A stretch of DNA of 64,000 bases from Eledone cirrhosa (lineage: Eukaryota). The notes below the pieces were generated by a model. It searched no databases and had not been told where the DNA came from. It saw only the letters and a list, made by a program, of their open reading frames with translations. The position numbers and the translations under genes are program-made. Below, piece after piece: positions 36,801-51,800 of this stretch (position 1 is the stretch's first letter; every line of letters begins with the position of its first letter). The stretch covers positions 80,538,001-80,602,000 of the forward strand of contig OZ024745.1 of assembly GCA_964016885.1 (NCBI GenBank), given 5' to 3'.

Positions 36801-39800
36801 GCTGACACACTATAACTAGCACAGTAACTCTGGCTGACACACACTATCAATAGCACAGTAACTCTGACTGACACACACTATAACTAGCACAGTAACTCTG
36901 GCTGACACACACTATCACTAGCATAGTAACTCTGGCTAACACATTATAACTAGCACAGTAACTCTGGCTAACACACACTATCACTAGCACAGTAACTCTG
37001 GCTGACACACACTATCACTAGCACAGTAACTCTGGCTGACACACACTATAACTAGCACAGTAACTCTGGCTGACACACTATCACTAGCACAGTAACTCTG
37101 GCTGACACACTCTATAACTAGCACAGTAACTCTGGCTGACACACTATACCTAGCACAGTAACTCTGGCTAACACACACTATAACTAGCACAGTAACTCTG
37201 GCTGACACACTATAACTAGCACAGTAACTCTGGCTGACACACTATAACTAGCACAGTAACTCTGGCTGACACACTATAACTAGCACAGTAACTCTGGCTG
37301 ACACACACTATCAATAGCACAGTAACTCTGACTGACACACACTATAACTAGCACAGTAACTCTGGCTGACACACACTATAACTAGCACAGAAACTCTGGC
37401 TGACGCACAGTAACTCTGGCTAACACACACTATAACTAGCACAGTAACTCTGGCTAACACACACTATCACTAGTACAGTAACTCTGGCTGACACACACTA
37501 TAACTAGCACAGTAACTCTGGCTAACACACACTATAACTAGCAGAGTAACTCTGGCTGACACACACTATAACTAGCACAGTAACTCTGGCTGACACACAC
37601 TATCACTAGCACAGTAACTCAGGCTGACACACACTATAACTAGCACAGTAACTCTGGCTAACACACACTATCACTAGCACAGTAACTCTGGCTGACACAC
37701 ACTATAACTAGCACAGTAACTCTGGCTGACACACACTATCACTAGCACAGTAACTCTGGCTGACACACACTATCACTAGCACAGTAACTCTGACTGACAC
37801 ACACTATAACTAGCACAGTAACTCTGGCTGACACACACTATAACTAGCACGGTAACTCTGGCTGACGCACAGTAACTCTGGCTAACACACACTATAACTA
37901 GCACAGTAACTCTGGCTGACACACACTATCACTAGCACAGTAACTCTGGCTGACACACACTATCACAAGCACAGTAACTCTGGCTGACACACACTATAAC
38001 TAGCACAGTAACTCTGGCTGACGCACAGTAACTCTGGCTAACACACACTATAACTAGCACAGTAACTCTGGCTAACACGCTATAACTAGCACAGTAACCC
38101 TGGCTAACACACACTATCACTACCACAGTAACTCTGGCTGACACACACTATCACTAGCACAGTAACTCTGGCTGACACACACTATAACTAGCACAGTAAC
38201 TCTGGCTGACACACACTATCACTAGCACAGTAACTCTGGCTAACACACACTATAACTAGCACAGTAACTCTGGCTGACACACACTATAACTAGCACAGTA
38301 ACTCTGGCTAACACACTATAACTAGCACAGTAACTCTGGCTGACACACTATAACTAGCACAGTAACTCTGGCTGACGCACAGTAACTCTGGCTAACACAC
38401 ACTATAACTAGCACAGTAACTCTGGCTAACACACACTATCACTAGCACAGTAACTCTGGCTAACACACACTATAACTAGCACAGTAACTCTGGCTAACAC
38501 ACACTATCACTAGCACAGCAACTCTGGCTAACACACAGTATAACTAGCACAGTAACTCTGGCTGACACACACTATAACTAGCACAGTAACTCTGGCTGAC
38601 ACACACTATCACTAGCACAGTAACTCTGGCTGACACACACTATAACTAGCACAGTAACTCTGGCTGACACACACTATAACTAGCACAGTAACTCTGGCTG
38701 ACACACACTATAACTAGCACAGTAACTCTGGCTGACACACACTATAACTAGCACAGTAACTCTGGCTAACACACACTATCACTAGCACAGTAACTCTGGC
38801 TGACACACACTATAACTAGCACAGTAACTCTGGCTAACACACACTATCACTAGCACAGTAACTCTGGCTGACACACACTATCACTAGCACAGTAACTCTG
38901 GCTGACACACACTATAACTAGCACAGTAACTCTGGCTGACACACACTATCACTAGCACAGTAACTCTGGCTGACACACTATAACTAGCACAGTAACTCTG
39001 GCTAACACACACTATCACTAGCACAGTAACTCTGGCTAACACACACTATAAGTAGCACAGTAACTCTGGCTAACACACACTATCACTAGCAAAGTAACTC
39101 TGGCTGACACACACTATAACTAGCACAGTAACTCTGGCTGACACACACTATAACTAGCACAGTAACTCTGGCTAACACTCACTAGCACAGTAACTCTGGC
39201 TAACACACACTATAACTAGCACAGTAACTCTGGCTGACACACACTATAACTAGCACAGTAACTCTGGCTGACACACACTATAACTAGCACAGTAACTCTG
39301 GCTAACACACACTATCACTAGCACAGTAACTCTGGCTGACACACACTATAACTAGCACAGTAACTCTGGCTGACACACACTATCACTAGCACAGTAACTC
39401 TGGCTGACACACACTATCACTAGCACAGTAACTCTGACTGACACACACTATAACTAGCACAGTAACTCTGGCTGACACACACTATAACTAGCACGGTAAC
39501 TCTGGCTGACGCACAGTAACTCTGGCTAACACACACTATAACTAGCACAGTAACTCTGGCTAACACGCTATAACTAGCACAGTAACCCTGGCTAACACAC
39601 ACTATCACTCCCACAGTAACTCTGGCTGACACACACTGTCACTAGCACAGTAACTCTGGCTGACACACACTATAACTAGCACAGTAACTCTGGCTGACAC
39701 ACACTATAACTAGCACAGTAACTCTGGCTGACACACACTATAACTAGCACAGTAACTCTGGCTGACACACACTATAACTAGCACAGTAACTCTGGCTGAC

Positions 39801-42800
39801 ACACACTATAACTAGCACAGTAACTCTGGCTAACACACACTATCACTAACACAGTAACTCTGGCTAACACACACTATCACTAGCACAGTAACTCTGGCTG
39901 ACACACACTATCACTAGCACAGTAACTCTGGCTGACACACACTATCACTAGCACAGTAACTCTGACTGACACACACTATAACTAGCACAGTAACTCTGGC
40001 TGACACACACTATAACTAGCACGGTAACTCTGGCTGACGCACAGTAACTCTGGCTAACACACACTATAACTAGCACAGTAACTCTGGCTAACACGCTATA
40101 ACTAGCACAGTAACCCTGGCTAACACACACTATCACTCCCACAGTAACTCTGGCTGACACACACTATCACTAGCACAGTAACTCTGGCTGACACACACTA
40201 TCACTAGCACAGTAACTCTGGCTGACACACACTATCACTAGCACAGTAACTCTGGCTGACACACACTATAACTAGCACAGTAACTCTGGCTAACACACTA
40301 TAACTAGCACAGTAACTCTGGCTGACACACTATAACTAGCACAGTAACTCTGGCTGACGCACAGTAACTCTGGCTAACACACACTATAACTAGCACAGTA
40401 ACTCTGGCTAACACACACTATCACTAGCACAGTAACTCTGGCTGACACAGACTATCACTAGCACAGTAACTCTGGCTGACACACACTATAACTAGCACAG
40501 TAACTCTGGCTGACACACACTATCACTAGCACAGTAACTCTGGCTGACACAAACTATAACTAGCACAGTAACTCTGGCTAACACACACTATCACTAGCAC
40601 AGTAACTCTGACTGACACACACTATAACTAGCACAGTCACTCTGGCTGACACACACTATAACTAGCACAGTAACTCTGGCTGACACACACTATAACTAGC
40701 ACAGTAACTCTGGCTGACACACACTATAACTAGCACAGTAACTCTGGCTAACACACACTATCACTAGCCCAGTAACTCTGGCTGACACACACTATAACTA
40801 GCACAGTAACTCTGGCTAACACACACTATCACTAGCACAGTAACTCTGGCTGACACACACTATCACTAGCACAGTAACTCTGGCTGACACACACTATAAC
40901 TAGCACAGTAACTCTGGCTGACACACACTATCACTAGCACAGTAACTCTGGCTGACACACTATAACTAGCACAGTAACTCTGTCTAACACACACTATTAC
41001 TAGCACAGTAACTCTGGCTAACACACACTATAACTAGCACAGTAACTCTGGCTGACACACTATAACTAGCACAGTAACTCTGGCTGACACACACTATAAC
41101 TAGCACAGTAACTCTGGCTGACACACACTATCACTAGCACAGTAACTCTGGCTAACACACACTATAACTAGCACAGTAACTCTGGCTGACACACACTATA
41201 ACTAGCACAGTAACTCTGGCTAACACACACTATAACTAGCACAGTAACTCTGGCTGACACACTATAACTAGCACAGTAACTCTGGCTGACACACTATAAC
41301 TAGCACAGTAACTCTGGCTGACACACTATAACTAGCACAGTAACTCTGGCTGACACACTATAACTAGCACAGTAACTCTGGCTGACACACACTATCACTA
41401 GCACAGTAACTCTGGCTGACACACACTATCACTAGCACAGTAACTCTGGCTAACACACACTATCACTAGCACAGTAACTCTGGCTAACACACACTATAAC
41501 TAGCACAGTAACTCTGGCTAACACACACTATCAGTAGCACAGTAACTCTGGCTAACACACACTATAACTAGCACAGTAACTCTGGCTGACACACACTATA
41601 ACTAGCACAGTAACTCTGGCTGACACACACTATAACTAGCACAGTAACTCTGGCTGACACACACTATCACTAGCACAGTAACTCTGGCTAACACACACTA
41701 TAACTAGCACAGTAACTCTGGCTGACACACACTATAACTAGCACAGTAACTCTGGCTAACACACTATAACTAGCACAGTAACTCTGGCTGACACACTATA
41801 ACTAGCACAGTAACTCTGGCTGACGCACAGTAACTCTGGCTAACACACACTATAACTAGCACAGTAACTCTGGCTAACACACACTATCACTAGCACAGTA
41901 ACTCTGGCTAACACACACTATAACTAGCACAGTAACTCTGGCTAACACACACTATCACTAGCACAGTAACTCTGGCTAACACACACTATAATTAGCACAG
42001 TAACTCTGGCTGACACACACTATAACTAGCACAGTAACTCTGGCTGACACACACTATCACTAGCACAGTAACTCTGGCTGACACACACTATAACTAGCAC
42101 AGTAACTCTGGCTGACACACACTATAACTAGCACAGTAACTCTGGCTGACACACACTATAACTAGCACAGTAACTCTGGCTGACACACACTATAACTAGC
42201 ACAGTAACTCTGGCTAACACACACTATCACTAGCACAGTAACTCTGGCTGACACACACTATAACTAGCACAGTAACTCTGGCTAACACACACTATCACTA
42301 GCACAGTAACTCTGGCTGACACACACTATCACTAGCACAGTAACTCTGGCTGACACACACTATAACTAGCACAGTAACTCTGGCTAACACACACTATCAC
42401 TAGCACAGTAACTCTGGCTGACACACACTATAACTAGCACAGTAACTCTGGCTGACACACACTATAACTAGCACAGTAACTCTGGCTAACACACACTATC
42501 ACTAGCACAGTAACTCTGGCTAACACACACTATCACTAGCACAGTAACTCTGGCTGACACACACTATAACTAGCACAGTAACTCTGGCTGACACACACTA
42601 TCACTAGCACAGTAACTCTGGCTGACACACACTATCACTAGCACAGTAACTCTGACTGACACACACTATCACTAGCACAGTAACTCTGACTGACACACAC
42701 TATCACTAGCACAGTAACTCTGACTGACACACACTATAACTAGCACAGTAACTCTGGCTGACACACACTATAACTAGCACGGTAACTCTGGCTGACGCAC

Positions 42801-45800
42801 AGTAACTCTGGCTAACACACACTATAACTAGCACAGTAACTCTGGCTAACACGCTATAACTAGCACAGTAACCCTGGCTAACACACACTATCACTCCCAC
42901 AGTAACTCTGGCTGACACACACTATCACTAGCACAGTAACTCTGGCTGACACACACTATAACTAGCACAGTAACTCTGCCTGACACACACTATCACTAGC
43001 ACAGTAACTCTGGCTGACACACACTATAACTAGCACAGTAACTCTGGCTAACACACTATAACTAGCACAGTAACTCTGGCTGACACACTATAACTAGCAC
43101 AGTAACTCTGGCTGACGCACAGTAACTCTGGCTAACACACACTATAACTAGCACAGTAACTCTGGCTAACACACACTATCACTAGCACAGTAACTCTGGC
43201 TAACACACACTATAACTAGCACAGTAACTCTGGCTAACACACACTATCACTAGCACAGTAACTCTGGCTAACACACACTATAACTAGCACAGTAACTCTG
43301 GCTGACACACACTATAACTAGCACAGTAACTCTGGCTGACACACACTATCACTAGCACAGTAACTCTGGCTGACACACACTATAACTAGCACAGTAACTC
43401 TGGCTGACACACACTATAACTAGCACAGTAACTCTGGCTGACACACTATAACTAGCACAGTAACTCTGGCTGACACACACTATAACTAGCACAGTAACTC
43501 TGGCTAACACACACTATCACTAGCCCAGTAACTCTGGCTGACACACACTATAACTAGCACAGTAACTCTGGCTAACACACACTATCACTAGCACAGTAAC
43601 TCTGGCTGACACACACTATCACTAGCACAGTAACTCTGGCTGACACACACTATCACTAGCACAGTAACTCTGGCTGACACACACTATAACTAGCAGAGTA
43701 ACTCTGGCTGACACACACTATCACTAGCACAGTAACTCTGGCTAACACACACTATAAGTAGCACAGTAACTCTGGCTAACACACACTATCACTAGCAAAG
43801 TAACTCTGGCTGACACACACTATAACTAGCACAGTAACTCTGGCTGACACACACTATCACTAGCACAGTAACTCTGGCTAACACACACTATAACTAGCAC
43901 AGTAACTCTGGCTGACACACACTATAACTAGCACAGTAACTCTGGCTGACACACACTATCACTAGCACAGTAACTCTGGCTGACACACACTATAACTAGC
44001 ACAGTAACTCTGGCTGACACACACTATAACTAGCACGGTAACTCTGGCTGACACACTATAACTAGCACAGTAACTCTGGCTGACACACTATAACTAGCAC
44101 AGTAACTCTGGCTGACACACTATAACTAGCACAGTAACTCTGGCTGACACACACTATAACTAGCACAGTAACTCTGGCTGACACACTATAACTAGCACAG
44201 TAACTCTGGCTGACACACACTATCACTAGCACAGTAACTCTGGCTAATACACACTATAACTAGCACAGTAACTCTGGCTGACACACACTATAACTAGCAC
44301 AGTAACTCTGGCTGACACACACTATAACTAGCACAGTAACTCTGGCTAACACACACTATCACTAGCACAGTAACTCTGGCTAACACACACTATAACTAGC
44401 ACAGTAACTCTGGCTGACACACACTATAACTAGCAAAGTAACTCTGGCTGACACACACTATAACTAGCACAGTAACTCTGGCTGACACACACTATCACTA
44501 GCACAGTCACTCTGGCTAACACACACTATAACTAGCACAGTAACTCTGGCTGACACACACTATAACTAGCACAGTAACTCTGGCTGACACACACTATCAC
44601 TAGCACAGTAACTCTGGCTGACACACACTATAACTAGCACAGTAACTCTGGCTGACACACTATAACTAGCACAGTAACTCTGGCTGACACACTATAACTA
44701 GCACAGTAACTCTGGCTGACACACTATAACTAGCACAGTAACTCTGGCTGACACACTATAACTAGCACAGTAACTCTGGCTGACACACTATAACTAGCAC
44801 AGTAACTCTGGCTGACACACACTATCACTAGCACAGTAACTCTGGCTGACACACACTATCACTAGCACAGTAACTCTGGCTAACACACACTATCACTAGC
44901 ACAGTAACTCTGGCTAACACACACTATAACTAGCACAGTAACTCTGGCTAACACACACTATCAGTAGCACAGTAACTCTGGCTAACACACACTATAACTA
45001 GCACAGTAACTCTGGCTGACACACACTATAACTAGCACAGTAACTCTGGCTAACACACACTGTCACTAGTACAGTAACTCTGGCTGACACACACTATAAC
45101 TAGCACAGTAACTCTGGCTGACACACACTATAACTAGCACAGTAACTCTGGCTAACACACACTATAACTAGCACAGTAACTCTGGCTAACACACACTATA
45201 ACTAGCACAGTAACTCTGGCTGACACACACTATAACTAGCACAGTAACTCTGGCTAACACACACTATCACTAGCACAGTAACTCTGGCTAATACACACTA
45301 TAACTAGCACAGTAACTCTGGCTGACACACACTATAACTAGCACAGTAACTCTGGCTGACACACACTATAACTAGCACAGTAACTCTGGCTAACACACAC
45401 TATCACTAGCACAGTAACTCTGGCTAACACACACTATAACTAGCACAGTAACTCTGGCTGACACACACTATAACTAGCACAGTAACTCTGGCTAACACAC
45501 ACTATCACTAGCACAGTAACTCTGGCTGACACACACTATAACTAGCACAGTAACTCTGGCTGACACACACTATCACTAGCACAGTAACTCTGGCTGACAC
45601 ACACTATCACTAGCACAGTAACTCTGACTGACACACACTATAACTAGCACAGTAACTCTGGCTGACACACACTATAACTAGCACAGTAACTCTGGCTGAC
45701 ACACACTATCACTAGCACAGTAACTCTGACTGACACACTATAACTAGCACAGTAACTCTGGCTTACACACACTATAACTAGCACAGTAACTCTGGCTGAC

Positions 45801-48800
45801 GCACAGTAACTCTGGCTAACACACACTATAACTAGTACAGTAACTCTGGCTAACACGCTATAACTAGCACAGTAACTCTGGCTAACACACACTATAACTA
45901 GCACAGTAACTCTGGCTGACACACACTATCACTAGCACAGTAACTCTGGCTAACACACACTATAACTAGCACAGTAACTCTGGCTGACACACACTATAAC
46001 TAGCACAGTAACTCTGGCTGACACACACTATCACTAGCACAGTAACTCTGGCTGACACACACTATAACTAGCACAGTAACTCTGGCTGACACACTATAAC
46101 TAGCACAGTAACTCTGGCTGACACACTATAACTAGCACAGTAACTCTGGCTGACACACTATAACTAGCACAGTAACTCTGGCTGACACACACTATAACTA
46201 GCACAGTAACTCTGGCTGACACACTATAACTAGCACAGTAACTCTGGCTGACACACACTATCACTAGCACAGTAACTCTGGCTGACACACACTATCACTA
46301 GCACAGTAACTCTGGCTAACACACACTATCACTAGCACAGTAACTCTGGCTAACACACACTATAACTAGCACAGTAACTCTGGCTAACACACACTATCAG
46401 TAGCACAGTAACTCTGGCTAACACACACTATAACTAGCACAGTAACTCTGGCTGACACACACTATAACTAGCACAGTAACTCTGGCTAACACACACTGTC
46501 ACTAGTACAGTAACTCTGGCTGACACACACTATAACTAGCACAGTAACTCTGGCTGACACACACTATAACTAGCACAGTAACTCTGGCTAACACACACTA
46601 TAACTAGCACAGTAACTCTGGCTAACACACACTATAACTAGCACAGTAACTCTGGCTGACACACACTATAACTAGCACAGTAACTCTGGCTAACACACAC
46701 TATCACTAGCACAGTAACTCTGGCTAATACACACTATAACTAGCACAGTAACTCTGGCTGACACACACTATAACTAGCACAGTAACTCTGGCTAACACAC
46801 ACTATCACTAGCACAGTAACTCTGGCTGACACACACTATAACTAGCACAGTAACTCTGGCTAACACACACTATAACTAGCACAGTAACTCTGGCTGACAC
46901 ACTATAACTAGCACAGTAACTCTGGCTAACACACACTATCACTAGCACAGTAACTCTGACTGACACACTATAACTAGCACAGTAACTCTGGCTGACACAC
47001 ACTATAACTAGCACAGTAACTCTGGCTGACACACACTATCACTAGCACAGTAACTCTGGCTGACACACACTATCACTAGCACAGTAACTCTGACTGACAC
47101 ACACTATAACTAGCACAGTAACTCTGGCTGACACACACTATAACTAGCACAGTAACTCTGGCTGACACACACTATCACTAGCACAGTAACTCTGACTGAC
47201 ACACTATAACTAGCACAGTAACTCTGGCTTACACACACTATAACTAGCACAGTAACTCTGGCTGACGCACAGTAACTCTGGCTAACACACACTATAACTA
47301 GTACAGTAACTCTGGCTAACACGCTATAACTAGCACAGTAACTCTGGCTAACACACACTATAACTAGCACAGTAACTCTGGCTGACACACACTATAACTA
47401 GCACAGTAACTCTGGCTAACACACACTATAACTAGCACAGTAACTCTGGCTGACACACTATAACTAGCACAGTAACTCTGGCTGACACACTATAACTAGC
47501 ACAGTAACTCTGGCTGACACACTATAACTAGCACAGTAACTCTGGCTGACACACTATAACTAGCACAGTAACTCTGGCTGACACACACTATCACTAGCAC
47601 AGTAACTCTGGCTGACACACACTATCACTAGCACAGTAACTCTGGCTAACACACACTATCACTAGCACAGTAACTCTGGCTAACACACACTATAACTAGC
47701 ACAGTAACTCTGGCTAACACACACTATCAGTAGCACAGTAACTCTGGCTAACACACACTATAACTAGCACAGTAACTCTGGCTGACACACACTATAACTA
47801 GCACAGTAACTCTGGCTGACACACACTATAACTAGCACAGTAACTCTGGCTGACACACACTATCACTAGCACAGTAACTCTGGCTAACACACACTATAAC
47901 TAGCACAGTAACTCTGGCTGACACACACTATAACTAGCACAGTAACTCTGGCTAACACACTATAACTAGCACAGTAACTCTGGCTGACACACTATAACTA
48001 GCACAGTAACTCTGGCTGACGCACAGTAACTCTGGCTAACACACACTATAACTAGCACAGTAACTCTGGCTAACACACACTATCACTAGCACAGTAACTC
48101 TGGCTAACACACACTATAACTAGCACAGTAACTCTGGCTAACACACACTATCACTAGCACAGTAACTCTGGCTAACACACACTATAATTAGCACAGTAAC
48201 TCTGGCTGACACACACTATAACTAGCACAGTAACTCTGGCTGACACACACTATCACTAGCACAGTAACTCTGGCTGACACACACTATAACTAGCACAGTA
48301 ACTCTGGCTGACACACACTATAACTAGCACAGTAACTCTGGCTGACACACACTATAACTAGCACAGTAACTCTGGCTGACACACACTATAACTAGCACAG
48401 TAACTCTGGCTAACACACACTATCACTAGCACAGTAACTCTGGCTGACACACACTATAACTAGCACAGTAACTCTGGCTAACACACACTATCACTAGCAC
48501 AGTAACTCTGGCTGACACACACTATCACTAGCACAGTAACTCTGGCTGACACACACTATAACTAGCACAGTAACTCTGGCTAACACACACTATCACTAGC
48601 ACAGTAACTCTGGCTGACACACACTATAACTAGCACAGTAACTCTGGCTGACACACACTATAACTAGCACAGTAACTCTGGCTAACACACACTATCACTA
48701 GCACAGTAACTCTGGCTAACACACACTATCACTAGCACAGTAACTCTGGCTGACACACACTATAACTAGCACAGTAACTCTGGCTGACACACACTATCAC

Positions 48801-51800
48801 TAGCACAGTAACTCTGGCTGACACACACTATCACTAGCACAGTAACTCTGACTGACACACACTATCACTAGCACAGTAACTCTGACTGACACACACTATC
48901 ACTAGCACAGTAACTCTGACTGACACACACTATAACTAGCACAGTAACTCTGGCTGACACACACTATAACTAGCACGGTAACTCTGGCTGACGCACAGTA
49001 ACTCTGGCTAACACACACTATAACTAGCACAGTAACTCTGGCTAACACGCTATAACTAGCACAGTAACCCTGGCTAACACACACTATCACTCCCACAGTA
49101 ACTCTGGCTGACACACACTATCACTAGCACAGTAACTCTGGCTGACACACACTATAACTAGCACAGTAACTCTGCCTGACACACACTATCACTAGCACAG
49201 TAACTCTGGCTGACACACACTATAACTAGCACAGTAACTCTGGCTAACACACTATAACTAGCACAGTAACTCTGGCTGACACACTATAACTAGCACAGTA
49301 ACTCTGGCTGACGCACAGTAACTCTGGCTAACACACACTATAACTAGCACAGTAACTCTGGCTAACACACACTATCACTAGCACAGTAACTCTGGCTAAC
49401 ACACACTATAACTAGCACAGTAACTCTGGCTAACACACACTATCACTAGCACAGTAACTCTGGCTAACACACACTATAACTAGCACAGTAACTCTGGCTG
49501 ACACACACTATAACTAGCACAGTAACTCTGGCTGACACACACTATCACTAGCACAGTAACTCTGGCTGACACACACTATAACTAGCACAGTAACTCTGGC
49601 TGACACACACTATAACTAGCACAGTAACTCTGGCTGACACACTATAACTAGCACAGTAACTCTGGCTGACACACACTATAACTAGCACAGTAACTCTGGC
49701 TAACACACACTATCACTAGCCCAGTAACTCTGGCTGACACACACTATAACTAGCACAGTAACTCTGGCTAACACACACTATCACTAGCACAGTAACTCTG
49801 GCTGACACACACTATCACTAGCACAGTAACTCTGGCTGACACACACTATCACTAGCACAGTAACTCTGGCTGACACACACTATAACTAGCAGAGTAACTC
49901 TGGCTGACACACACTATCACTAGCACAGTAACTCTGGCTAACACACACTATAAGTAGCACAGTAACTCTGGCTAACACACACTATCACTAGCAAAGTAAC
50001 TCTGGCTGACACACACTATAACTAGCACAGTAACTCTGGCTGACACACACTATCACTAGCACAGTAACTCTGGCTAACACACACTATAACTAGCACAGTA
50101 ACTCTGGCTGACACACACTATAACTAGCACAGTAACTCTGGCTGACACACACTATCACTAGCACAGTAACTCTGGCTGACACACACTATAACTAGCACAG
50201 TAACTCTGGCTGACACACACTATAACTAGCACGGTAACTCTGGCTGACACACTATAACTAGCACAGTAACTCTGGCTGACACACTATAACTAGCACAGTA
50301 ACTCTGGCTGACACACTATAACTAGCACAGTAACTCTGGCTGACACACACTATAACTAGCACAGTAACTCTGGCTGACACACTATAACTAGCACAGTAAC
50401 TCTGGCTGACACACACTATCACTAGCACAGTAACTCTGGCTAATACACACTATAACTAGCACAGTAACTCTGGCTGACACACACTATAACTAGCACAGTA
50501 ACTCTGGCTGACACACACTATAACTAGCACAGTAACTCTGGCTGACACACACTATAACTAGCACAGTAACTCTGGCTAACACACACTATCACTAGCACAG
50601 TAACTCTGGCTAACACACACTATAACTAGCACAGTAACTCTGGCTGACACACACTATAACTAGCAAAGTAACTCTGGCTGACACACACTATAACTAGCAC
50701 AGTAACTCTGGCTGACACACACTATCACTAGCACAGTCACTCTGGCTAACACACACTATAACTAGCACAGTAACTCTGGCTGACACACACTATAACTAGC
50801 ACAGTAACTCTGGCTGACACACACTATCACTAGCACAGTAACTCTGGCTGACACACACTATAACTAGCACAGTAACTCTGGCTGACACACTATAACTAGC
50901 ACAGTAACTCTGGCTGACACACTATAACTAGCACAGTAACTCTGGCTGACACACTATAACTAGCACAGTAACTCTGGCTGACACACTATAACTAGCACAG
51001 TAACTCTGGCTGACACACTATAACTAGCACAGTAACTCTGGCTGACACACACTATCACTAGCACAGTAACTCTGGCTGACACACACTATCACTAGCACAG
51101 TAACTCTGGCTAACACACACTATCACTAGCACAGTAACTCTGGCTAACACACACTATAACTAGCACAGTAACTCTGGCTAACACACACTATCAGTAGCAC
51201 AGTAACTCTGGCTAACACACACTATAACTAGCACAGTAACTCTGGCTGACACACACTATAACTAGCACAGTAACTCTGGCTAACACACACTGTCACTAGT
51301 ACAGTAACTCTGGCTGACACACACTATAACTAGCACAGTAACTCTGGCTGACACACACTATAACTAGCACAGTAACTCTGGCTAACACACACTATAACTA
51401 GCACAGTAACTCTGGCTAACACACACTATAACTAGCACAGTAACTCTGGCTGACACACACTATAACTAGCACAGTAACTCTGGCTAACACACACTATCAC
51501 TAGCACAGTAACTCTGGCTAATACACACTATAACTAGCACAGTAACTCTGGCTGACACACACTATAACTAGCACAGTAACTCTGGCTGACACACACTATA
51601 ACTAGCACAGTAACTCTGGCTAACACACACTATCACTAGCACAGTAACTCTGGCTAACACACACTATAACTAGCACAGTAACTCTGGCTGACACACACTA
51701 TAACTAGCACAGTAACTCTGGCTAACACACACTATCACTAGCACAGTAACTCTGGCTGACACACACTATAACTAGCACAGTAACTCTGGCTGACACACAC

